In this document: positions 1 through 25,564 of the stretch, one piece after another
Numbering within the stretch: the first letter of the stretch is position 1
How the letters are laid out: the number at the start of each line of letters is the position of its first letter
DNA from: Macrostomum lignano
Lineage: Eukaryota
Assembly (NCBI GenBank): GCA_002269645.1
Contig: NIVC01003052.1
Span: 1-64,000 of the forward strand
Direction of reading: 5' to 3'
Length of the DNA: 64,000 bases
Made by a program: the position numbers and the translations under genes
The notes under the pieces: model-generated
The model's input: the letters and a program-made list of their open reading frames with translations, nothing else
Database searches by the model: none
Told to the model about the DNA's origin: nothing

Positions 1-3000
1 TGGAGAGCTTAGAAATGACACTCAATGGGCTGATATACACAGGTGCAAAGATGACGCAGAGCCCGCTACTCTCAGCATCTCTAACTAGCCTGTCGCTGTC
101 AATATATAGAATTAAATGGAGAGCTTAGAAATGACACTCAATGGGGCTGATATACACAGGTGCAAAGATGACGCAGAGCCGCTACTCTCAGCATCTACTA
201 GCCTGTCGCTGTCAATATATAGAATTAAATGGAGAGCTTAGAAATGACACTCAATGGGGCTGATATACACAGGTGCAAAGATGACGCAGAGCCCGCTACT
301 CTCAGCATCTCTAACTAGCCCTGTCGCTGTCAATATATAGAATTAAATGGAGAGCTTAGAAATGACACTCAATGGGGCTGATATACACAGGTGCAAAGAT
401 GACGCAGAGCCCGCTACTCTCAGCATCTCTAACTAGCCCTGTCGCTGTCAATATATAGAATTAAATGGAGAGCTTAGAAATGACACTCAATGGGGCTGAT
501 ATACACAGGTGCAAAGATGACGCAGAGCCCGCTACTCTCAGCATCTCTAACTAGCCCTGTCGCTGTCAATATATAGAATTAAATGGAGAGCTTAGAAATG
601 ACACTCAATGGGGCTGATATACACAGGTGCAAAGATGACGCAGAGCCGCTACTCAGCATCTCTAACTAGCCCTGTCGCTGTCAATATATAGAATTAAATG
701 GAGAGCTTAGAAATGACACTCAATGGGGCTGATATACACAGGTGCAAAGATGACGCAGAGCCCGCTACTCTCAGCATCTCTAACTAGCCCTGTCGCTGTC
801 AATATATAGAATTAAATGGAGAGCTTAGAAATGACACTCAATGGGGCTGATATACACAGGTGCAAAGATGACGCAGAGCCCGCTACTCTCAGCATCTCTA
901 ACTAGCCCTGTCGCTGTCAATATATAGAATTAAATGGAGAGCTTAGAAATGACACTCAATGGGGCTGATATACACAGGTGCAAAGATGACGCAGAGCCCG
1001 CTACTCTCAGCATCTCTAACTAGCCTGTCGCTGTCAATATATAGAATTAAATGGAGAGCTTAGAAATGACACTCAATGGGGCTGATATACACAGGTGCAA
1101 AGATGACGCAGAGCCCGCTACTCTCAGCATCTCTAACTAGCCCTGTCGCTGTCAATATATAGAATTAAATGGAGAGCTTAGAAATGACACTCAATGGGGC
1201 TGATATACACAGGTGCAAAGATGACGCAGAGCCCGCTACTCTCAGCATCTCTAACTAGCCCTGTCGCTGTCAATATATAGAATTAAATGGAGAGCTTAGA
1301 AATGACACTCAATGGGGCTGATATACACAGGTGCAAAGATGACGCAGAGCCCGCTACTCTCAGCATCTCTAACTAGCCCTGTCGCTGTCAATATATAGAA
1401 TTAAATGGAGAGCTTAGAAATGACACTCAATGGGCTGATATACACAGGTGCAAAGATGACGCAGAGCCCGCTACTCTCAGCATCTCTAACTAGCCCTGTC
1501 GCTGTCAATATATAGAATTAAATGGAGAGCTTAGAAATGACACTCAATGGGGCTGATATACACAGGTGCAAAGATGACGCAGAGCCCGCTACTCTCAGCA
1601 TCTCTAACTAGCCCTGTCGCTGTCAATATATAGAATTAAATGGAGAGCTTAGAAATGACACTCAATGGGGCTGATATACACAGGTGCAAAGATGACGCAG
1701 AGCCCGCTACTCTCAGCATCTCTAACTAGCCCTGTCGCTGTCAATATATAGAATTAAATGGAGAGCTTAGAAATGACACTCAATGGGGCTGATATACACA
1801 GGTGCAAAGATGACGCAGAGCCCGCTACTCTCAGCATCTCTAACTAGCCCTGTCGCTGTCAATATATAGAATTAAATGGAGAGCTTAGAAATGACACTCA
1901 ATGGGGCTGATATACACAGGTGCAAAGATGACGCAGAGCCCGCTACTCTCAGCATCTCTAACTAGCCCTGTCGCTGTCAATATATAGAATTAAATGGAGA
2001 GCTTAGAAATGACACTCAATGGGGCTGATATACACAGGTGCAAAGATGACGCAGAGCCCGCTACTCTCAGCATCTCTAACTAGCCCTGTCGCTGTCAATA
2101 TATAGAATTAAATGGAGAGCTTAGAAATGACACTCAATGGGGCTGATATACACAGGTGCAAAGATGACGCAGAGCCCGCTACTCTCAGCATCTCTAACTA
2201 GCCCTGTCGCTGTCAATATATAGAATTAAATGGAGAGCTTAGAAATGACACTCAATGGGGCTGATATACACAGGTGCAAAGATGACGCAGAGCCCGCTAC
2301 TCTCAGCATCTCTAACTAGCCCTGTCGCTGTCAATATATAGAATTAAATGGAGAGCTTAGAAATGACACTCAATGGGGCTGATATACACAGGTGCAAAGA
2401 TGACGCAGAGCCCGCTACTCTCAGCATCTCTAACTAGCCCTGTCGCTGTCAATATATAGAATTAAATGGAGAGCTTAGAAATGACACTCAATGGGGCTGA
2501 TATACACAGGTGCAAAGATGACGCAGAGCCCGCTACTCTCAGCATCTCTAACTAGCCTGTCGCTGTCAATATATAGAATTAAATGGAGAGCTTAGAAATG
2601 ACACTCAATGGGGCTGATATACACAGGTGCAAAGATGACGCAGAGCCCGCTACTCTCAGCATCTCTAACTAGCCCTGTCGCTGTCAATATATAGAATTAA
2701 ATGGAGAGCTTAGAAATGACACTCAATGGGGCTGATATACACAGGTGCAAAGATGACGCAGAGCCCGCTACTCTCAGCATCTCTAACTAGCCCTGTCGCT
2801 GTCAATATATAGAATTAAATGGAGAGCTTAGAAATGACACTCAATGGGGCTGATATACACAGGTGCAAAGATGACGCAGAGCCCGCTACTCTCAGCATCT
2901 CTAACTAGCCCTGTCGCTGTCAATATATAGAATTAAATGGAGAGCTTAGAAATGACACTCAATGGGGCTGATATACACAGGTGCAAAGATGACGCAGAGC

Positions 3001-6000
3001 CCGCTACTCTCAGCATCTCTAACTAGCCCTGTCGCTGTCAATATATAGAATTAAATGGAGAGCTTAGAAATGACACTCAATGGGGCTGATATACACAGGT
3101 GCAAAGATGACGCAGAGCCCGCTACTCTCAGCATCTCTAACTAGCCCTGTCGCTGTCAATATATAGAATTAAATGGAGAGCTTAGAAATGACACTCAATG
3201 GGGCTGATATACACAGGTGCAAAGATGACGCAGAGCCCGCTACTCTCAGCATCTCTAACTAGCCCTGTCGCTGTCAATATATAGAATTAAATGGAGAGCT
3301 TAGAAATGACACTCAATGGGGCTGATATACACAGGTGCAAAGATGACGCAGAGCCCGCTACTCTCAGCATCTCTAACTAGCCCTGTCGCTGTCAATATAT
3401 AGAATTAAATGGAGAGCTTAGAAATGACACTCAATGGGGCTGATATACACAGGTGCAAAGATGACGCAGAGCCCGCTACTCTCAGCATCTCTAACTAGCC
3501 CTGTCGCTGTCAATATATAGAATTAAATGGAGAGCTTAGAAATGACACTCAATGGGGCTGATATACACAGGTGCAAAGATGACGCAGAGCCCGCTACTCT
3601 CAGCATCTCTAACTAGCCCTGTCGCTGTCAATATATAGAATTAAATGGAGAGCTTAGAAATGACACTCAATGGGGCTGATATACACAGGTGCAAAGATGA
3701 CGCAGAGCCCGCTACTCTCAGCATCTCTAACTAGCCCTGTCGCTGTCAATATATAGAATTAAATGGAGAGCTTAGAAATGACACTCAATGGGGCTGATAT
3801 ACACAGGTGCAAAGATGACGCAGAGCCCGCTACTCTCAGCATCTCTAACTAGCCCTGTCGCTGTCAATATATAGAATTAAATGGAGAGCTTAGAAATGAC
3901 ACTCAATGGGGCTGATATACACAGGTGCAAAGATGACGCAGAGCCCGCTACTCTCAGCATCTCTAACTAGCCCTGTCGCTGTCAATATATAGAATTAAAT
4001 GGAGAGCTTAGAAATGACACTCAATGGGGCTGATATACACAGGTGCAAAGATGACGCAGAGCCCGCTACTCTCAGCATCTCTAACTAGCCCTGTCGCTGT
4101 CAATATATAGAATTAAATGGAGAGCTTAGAAATGACACTCAATGGGGCTGATATACACAGGTGCAAAGATGACGCAGAGCCCGCTACTCTCAGCATCTCT
4201 AACTAGCCCTGTCGCTGTCAATATATAGAATTAAATGGAGAGCTTAGAAATGACACTCAATGGGGCTGATATACACAGGTGCAAAGATGACGCAGAGCCC
4301 GCTACTCTCAGCATCTCTAACTAGCCCTGTCGCTGTCAATATATAGAATTAAATGGAGAGCTTAGAAATGACACTCAATGGGGCTGATATACACAGGTGC
4401 AAAGATGACGCAGAGCCCGCTACTCTCAGCATCTCTAACTAGCCCTGTCGCTGTCAATATATAGAATTAAATGGAGAGCTTAGAAATGACACTCAATGGG
4501 GCTGATATACACAGGTGCAAAGATGACGCAGAGCCCGCTACTCTCAGCATCTCTAACTAGCCCTGTCGCTGTCAATATATAGAATTAAATGGAGAGCTTA
4601 GAAATGACACTCAATGGGGCTGATATACACAGGTGCAAAGATGACGCAGAGCCCGCTACTCTCAGCATCTCTAACTAGCCCTGTCGCTGTCAATATATAG
4701 AATTAAATGGAGAGCTTAGAAATGACACTCAATGGGGCTGATATACACAGGTGCAAAGATGACGCAGAGCCCGCTACTCTCAGCATCTCTAACTAGCCCT
4801 GTCGCTGTCAATATATAGAATTAAATGGAGAGCTTAGAAATGACACTCAATGGGGCTGATATACACAGGTGCAAAGATGACGCAGAGCCCGCTACTCTCA
4901 GCATCTCTAACTAGCCCTGTCGCTGTCAATATATAGAATTAAATGGAGAGCTTAGAAATGACACTCAATGGGGCTGATATACACAGGTGCAAAGATGACG
5001 CAGAGCCCGCTACTCTCAGCATCTCTAACTAGCCCTGTCGCTGTCAATATATAGAATTAAATGGAGAGCTTAGAAATGACACTCAATGGGGCTGATATAC
5101 ACAGGTGCAAAGATGACGCAGAGCCCGCTACTCTCAGCATCTCTAACTAGCCCTGTCGCTGTCAATATATAGAATTAAATGGAGAGCTTAGAAATGACAC
5201 TCAATGGGGCTGATATACACAGGTGCAAAGATGACGCAGAGCCGCTACTCTCAGCATCTCTAACTAGCCCTGTCGCTGTCAATATATAGAATTAAATGGA
5301 GAGCTTAGAAATGACACTCAATGGGGCTGATATACACAGGTGCAAAGATGACGCAGAGCCGCTACTCTCAGCATCTCTAACTAGCCCTGTCGCTGTCAAT
5401 ATATAGAATTAAATGGAGAGCTTAGAAATGACACTCAATGGGGCTGATATACACAGGTGCAAAGATGACGCAGAGCCCGCTACTCTCAGCATCTCTAACT
5501 AGCCCTGTCGCTGTCAATATATAGAATTAAATGGAGAGCTTAGAAATGACACTCAATGGGGCTGATATACACAGGTGCAAAGATGACGCAGAGCCCGCTA
5601 CTCTCAGCATCTCTAACTAGCCCTGTCGCTGTCAATATATAGAATTAAATGGAGAGCTTAGAAATGACACTCAATGGGGCTGATATACACAGGTGCAAAG
5701 ATGACGCAGAGCCCGCTACTCTCAGCATCTCTAACTAGCCCTGTCGCTGTCAATATATAGAATTAAATGGAGAGCTTAGAAATGACACTCAATGGGGCTG
5801 ATATACACAGGTGCAAAGATGACGCAGAGCCCGCTACTCTCAGCATCTCTAACTAGCCCTGTCGCTGTCAATATATAGAATTAAATGGAGAGCTTAGAAA
5901 TGACACTCAATGGGGCTGATATACACAGGTGCAAAGATGACGCAGAGCCCGCTACTCTCAGCATCTCTAACTAGCCCTGTCGCTGTCAATATATAGAATT

Positions 6001-7232
6001 AAATGGAGAGCTTAGAAATGACACTCAATGGGGCTGATATACACAGGTGCAAAGATGACGCAGAGCCCGCTACTCTCAGCATCTCTAACTAGCCCTGTCG
6101 CTGTCAATATATAGAATTAAATGGAGAGCTTAGAAATGACACTCAATGGGGCTGATATACACAGGTGCAAAGATGACGCAGAGCCCGCTACTCTCAGCAT
6201 CTCTAACTAGCCTGTCGCTGTCAATATATAGAATTAAATGGAGAGCTTAGAAATGACACTCAATGGGGCTGATATACACAGGTGCAAAGATGACGCAGAG
6301 CCCGCTACTCTCAGCATCTCTAACTAGCCCTGTCGCTGTCAATATATAGAATTAAATGGAGAGCTTAGAAATGACACTCAATGGGGCTGATATACACAGG
6401 TGCAAAGATGACGCAGAGCCCGCTACTCTCAGCATCTCTAACTAGCCCTGTCGCTGTCAATATATAGAATTAAATGGAGAGCTTAGAAATGACACTCAAT
6501 GGGGCTGATATACACAGGTGCAAAGATGACGCAGAGCCCGCTACTCTCAGCATCTCTAACTAGCCCTGTCGCTGTCAATATATAGAATTAAATGGAGAGC
6601 TTAGAAATGACACTCAATGGGGCTGATATACACAGGTGCAAAGATGACGCAGAGCCCGCTACTCTCAGCATCTCTAACTAGCCCTGTCGCTGTCAATATA
6701 TAGAATTAAATGGAGAGCTTAGAAATGACACTCAATGGGGCTGATATACACAGGTGCAAAGATGACGCAGAGCTCGCTACACTCAGCATCTCTAACTAGC
6801 CCTGTCGCTGTCAATATATAGAATTAAATGGAGAGCTTAGAAATGACACTCAATGGGGCTGATATACACAGGTGCAAAGATGACGCAGAGCCCGCTACTC
6901 TCAGCATCTCTAACTAGCCCTGTCGCTGTCAATATATAGAATTAAATGGAGAGCTTAGAAATGACACTCAATGGGGCTGATATACACAGGTGCAAAGATG
7001 ACGCAGAGCTCGCTACACTCAGCATCTCTAACTAGCCCTGTCGCTGTCAATATATAGAATTAAATGGAGAGCTTAGAAATGACACTCAATGGGGCTGATA
7101 TACACAGGTGCAAAGATGACGCAGAGCCCGCTACTCTCAGCATCTCTAACTAGCCCTGTCGCTGTCAATATATAGAATTAAATGGAGAGCTTAGAAATGA
7201 CACTCAATGGGGCTGATATACGCAGGTGCAAA
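1..7232. repeat. 118-bp tandem satellite, ~61 copies, runs off the left edge of the window
   Basis: Unit TGGAGAGCTTAGAAATGACACTCAATGGGGCTGATATACACAGGTGCAAAGATGACGCAGAGCCCGCTACTCTCAGCATCTCTAACTAGCCCTGTCGCTGTCAATATATAGAATTAAA (118 nt) repeated head-to-tail. Almost all deviations are small indels, mostly in homopolymers. Ends at ...GATATACGCAGGTGCAAA before AT-rich sequence. Confidence 0.98.
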
Positions 7233-7592
7233 TATTGTTATTTACATAGTTATTTGAATAACTATAACTTCAAATAGTTTTTCGAAGGATTGTAGTTTTG
7301 TCTCTTGAAGTCTAATATGTGTCTTTGTTTTTCTCCTTAAAGTAGTGTATCTGATTTTAGCTTTATTTTTGTTGGGATAGGGAAAATCTTGTGTTGTTTT
7401 ATTGGTTTAAGTTTCGTCATTTTTTTATGGCGTATATTTAGAATATATCCTTTTTAGAAACGGTAATTTTTTGCGCGTCATTTTTAGTTATTTAGAGGAT
7501 ATATTCGATTGTGTCATTTCTACATTCTGCGTCATCCAAACGCCCCTAATTGTGAATCGGATCTTCACAGAGAGATTCGCTCATTCGATCGA

Positions 7593-21169
<13,577 letters not shown>

Positions 21170-21910
21170 GACTGAAAAGCGACTTGCAATATGGATAAAA
21201 TCTCTATTTTGGTTGAATTGGGTTTATATAGAAACAATATTTTTTTTAATTGAAAGGTCGATAACAACAGCTAACAGCTACAAATTACCTCGCGGCCACC
21301 TGTTTTGTCCCATGACGCATACATGTAGGTCTAGCTTCATCGGCATGGTCTCGAATCTCTCTGATCAGCCTGTTTTTCATCATAAAAATTGAATATATAA
21401 ACATGATGATTTATAGCTCGCGAAGATGATCTAGGATCAGTCTGGCTCAATCAATCCTTTAATTATATTGAAATCAATCCAAGAAAGCAGGAAAATATGG
21501 GCCAATGCTAGCGGCAGGTGATAAAGTATTACCGTATTAAATTTAAACATTTCATTATCGAAATTTCCGCATAAATAGCACTTTCCATATTAGGCAATTA
21601 AAACTCCCGCGCACACTTTCCGAATTCTAGAATGGTCCGCGAAGCAGTCTATACGCCTGCAGGCACTCAGCTAATATCCAATACACTCCCTTTTACTCTT
21701 TTACTCCCCTTAACCAATTATTACCAAAGAACCACCGCCTTCAAGCTTCATTTATTTTATCAGCAACGCTACAATAGTATATCTGTGGACCAGAAATCAC
21801 AGTGTGACGAATAAAGCGAATAAGACGGTTTTGTGTAGCGGTTAATTTAGATAGTTCACGATTAGTTAGCAGATCGGCAAGCCGCTTCCACCCTTAGACT
21901 TTTACTAGTT

Positions 21911-21996
21911 AGGTCGAAGTGCAGTCCGGAAAAATTGCCAACGAGGAGCGAAGCGAGCGAAGCGAGCGTAGCTCCTCGTTGGCAATTTTTTCGGAC
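21911..21996 (+). other. Helentron 5' terminus: subTIR plus 26-bp hairpin with a GCGAAGC-containing loop
   Basis: Arms 21924-21949 (GTCCGGAAAAATTGCCAACGAGGAGC) and 21971-21996 pair with 1 mismatch; 21-nt loop. Confidence 0.85.
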
Positions 21997-22409
21997 AAAC
22001 GAGACCGAGATAAGATGTCCCGGAGACTCCCCCAACGTAAAATCAACGTTTTAGAAAATAAAATTGATGCAGAGTTAAAACCACTTGAGATGAAACCATG
22101 TGTGACCCCTCTATGGACGTAAAACATTTAGGGCTACAAGATGTGTGACGTGAAAGTTCCATAGCAACGCGTCTTGGTTGCCATGGCAACAAAAAAGTGA
22201 CTTTTTTTAGACCCGTCCAAATCTTGAATCTCAAAAAATAAGGATTCACAATATGGAGTCAAAAATTGATTGAACCCAACTTTTGGCGAATTTTCAGACC
22301 TTCAAGACACTGATTGGTTATTTTCCGCTAAATGCTTACCTTGATAGGTAATTCTGTAAAAGTGTGTTTTTTAAGTGTCAAAAAATGCGCATTTTTATCA
22401 ACTTTCAAC

Positions 22410-22457
22410 TGACGCAGCTCAAAGGTCGCGCGTCAGCGCGACCTTTGAGCTGCGTCA
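22410..22457. other. Perfect 22-bp-stem hairpin inside the Helentron 5' region
   Basis: TGACGCAGCTCAAAGGTCGCGC-GTCA-GCGCGACCTTTGAGCTGCGTCA. Confidence 0.92.
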
Positions 22458-23010
22458 TTCTAACAATGGCACCTGGGACTCTTACATGACGCACGACTTT
22501 AACCAAGATACTCACTTTAACTGTACATTCGCACCTGTTAATTACATTCGAATATTCGACGGGTAGGTATTCGAACCGAAATAAAGGAAATTCAACCTTG
22601 TTGCGAGACTCTAAAAAGTACATGAATGCGGTCATTTAGGTAAGATCTACATGTTTATAATACATTTTGAGCCGTTTCGTTGCACTGACTCTGAGCCATA
22701 CACTGCTAAAGTCGATAAACGTGATTTAGGCTATTTTTATGTATTTTTCATGATACAAATGTACAAAAAATAAGAAACGACGACATGCTAGGAAAATCAG
22801 ACTTTTTAGGCAAGGTGCACAACTAAATTGCGCACAATATGTATATTTTGAAATTTCGTCTTAGTTTATTGAAGTCGCTGCCGGTACAGAAATGTACTTT
22901 AACGACGGTACGGGGGGCTTGCATATCGAACATACTTTTTAGCCTGTAACTTTTGAGCGGATTACCGGAGCGCGACGCGCTTGGTGTCATTGAACTACAT
23001 TTTAGATGTA

Positions 23011-24070
23011 CTTTAATTTGAATGTATGTTCGCTGTCATTGCACGATGCGTTGTACACCTCAGGTCAGGTCACGTGACTTGCTGGAAATGAAATAATGAC
23101 TTTGTACCTATACTAAGGATAGGTGAAGCGTAAGAATGAACCAAAATTTGTACTTATTAGAAACACCTAGATGACTACTGTCAGAAAAAATGATATTCAC
23201 GTCTGTCAGTTGCAAAATTTTGTTATAATTGACTTTTAAAATCGAAAAACGTGATTTTGTGCAAAAACAACCTATATGAGCACACATAGGGTGAAAAATT
23301 TATTGATTTTCGCTATGAGGTTCTTAGCTTCCAAGAGCACTATTGTGCCCAGTAAACACGTACAGATGACTGCTATCTTCGTTAGTGTGCGAAAATTCGT
23401 ATTTTTACGCTAATAACATTTACCGAATTACGAGGTTCCGGTGTTATGCGTTTTTTTGCTATATTTCACGCTGCCATTTATTAACGATGCTACGCCAGGC
23501 CTTCAGTGTGGTGTCAATAGTTAGCATTTAAAAAGTGCTTTAATTTGAGTGTATGTTCGCTGGCATTGCACGATGCGTTGTACACCTCAGGCCAGGTCAC
23601 GTGACTTGCTGGAAATGAAATAATGACTTTGTACCTATACTAAGGATAGGTGAAGCATAAGAATGACCCATATTAGTACTTATTAGAAACATCTAGATGA
23701 ATACTCTCAGAAAAAGTGACATTCACGTCTGTCAGTTGCAAAAAAAATTTTTAATTGACTCTCAAAATCGAAAAACGTGATTTTGTGCAAAAACAACCCA
23801 TTTGAGCACTACATAGGGCGGAAAATATATTAATTTTCGCTATGAGGTTCTTAGCTTCCAAGAGCACTATTGTGCCCAGTAAACACGTACAGATGACTGC
23901 CATCTTCGTTAGTGTGCGAAAATTCGTATTTTGACGCTATTAACATTTTACCGAATTACGAGGTTCCGGTACTATGCGTTTTTTTGCTATATTTCACGCT
24001 GCCATTTATTAACTATCCTACGCCAGGCCTTCAGTGTAGTGTCAATAAATAGCATTTAGCAAGTGCTTTA
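23011..24070. repeat. Diverged tandem duplication of ~527 bp in the Helentron 5' non-coding region
   Basis: CTTTAATTTGA.TGTATGTTCGCTG.CATTGCACGATGCG starts at 23011 and again at 23538; collinear with scattered substitutions to ~24070. Confidence 0.9.
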
Positions 24071-25564
24071 AGATGACATCATGCGCATTGCGTTGCGTAA
24101 AAGTGTGGGTCCACAGTTTCGTAACAAGTTAAAATGACCTGATTTCGCAAAAATCTTTAAAACAAAAAATACCAAATAGGTAACTAAAAAGCCTTTTGAA
24201 ACTGAATAAAAAATGCACATAAAAGTGCTATTTTGTAACGTAAAAAGTCTTGCGTCCTGCAAAAATCTTCTATGGTGACTTTTTGGAGCCGTGAAGTGTA
24301 AAAACGTGCGCATTTTTAAAGCTGTTGAACTTACTTTTTGAGGTATATTTTGAAAATAGGCATTTTATAAATTGTATAACAAAATTTAATTGAAGAAAGC
24401 AATAAGGTAAAATAGAATTCGAAATTATTTAATTTTGAAATAATTAAACTGTACATTTCAGTCGTTCTGTTCCTTATAATTTCTACAAAAATTTAAATTT
24501 AAATCGGTTATGTTAACAGTAGTTTATTGCTGTAGGACAAATTTGACCCCAAATTTTCAAAGCAACTTATCTAAGCAAACGCTATCTAAATCTGAAATAT
24601 TTTCAAGCTTCAATCTGTAGCTATAATATTCGGTTTTGTTACGCTATTTATTCGTATCCTACTACATTATATATAATTATTGTACAATATATTATATTCT
24701 ACAAGTACAAGTTTTAATTGTAATATATTCAATTGTTATCAGTTTTACACTGTAAGTGTAAGCTTCAAATTTTATTTGAAATATAACTGAAGTATAGTAC
24801 TTTAATATTATTTTATAGCTAATTAATTGTATTCTGCCAAATATTTACGTTTTTTTTCTCTGCTTTGCTTTTTGCTCCATATTTTTATAAATTATAGTCA
24901 TATTTACATATATCTTTTAAAAGTACTCATCCTTTCACATTTTATTTTGTAGTTATCAGTCAAATTTAACTTGAATTTTCCTTTTGTTTGCATAATTTTG
25001 ACTTAAGACTTTAGTTTTGAAGTAAGTATTCTTTTTATTTCTTCATATGTTTAGCATAGTACAAATATCTGTAGTACTCTGCTTAATGGTAGAAGTTTGT
25101 GGACACTTTTTATAAATTCTGCTCAATTTATTATAAATTTAGCATTTTTGCTAGACAATATATACATGCCAATGCTCCTTATATCAAGCAATGCTTGAAA
25201 GTGCTAGACACTTAGTTTATGGTGAATTTTTACCAAGGGATGTTTTTTTGCTGATATAGAATTCCTAGAAGCATGTACAAAAACATGGAATATGCCTGAA
25301 AAAACTCTAGAAAATATGCACTAAATCCAAGAAAAAATGTTGAAAGCACAAAAACTACATGGCACACACCGCCTATATGCCAGTATATTATGCTGCAGCA
25401 TATTAATCCACAATCCAGTAGCAGTGCTAGTGTTCGTAGTTTAACTAAATTTGCCACCAGAAAAGAGTTGAGTTAACTTGGTAAAGAGTAGCATGTTTTC
25501 TGTGTTTAGCTAATTAGTTTCTTTATCATTCTGAAATATTTACTAACATGTTTATTTAGACAGG

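Noticed and set aside
1-7232. 118-bp unit as a 5S rRNA/SL RNA array, hammerhead-ribozyme satellite or CRISPR
   Set aside because: No 5S similarity seen; no CUGANGA core on either strand (CTGATAT, CTGAGAG); units are identical with no variable spacers; eukaryotic context.
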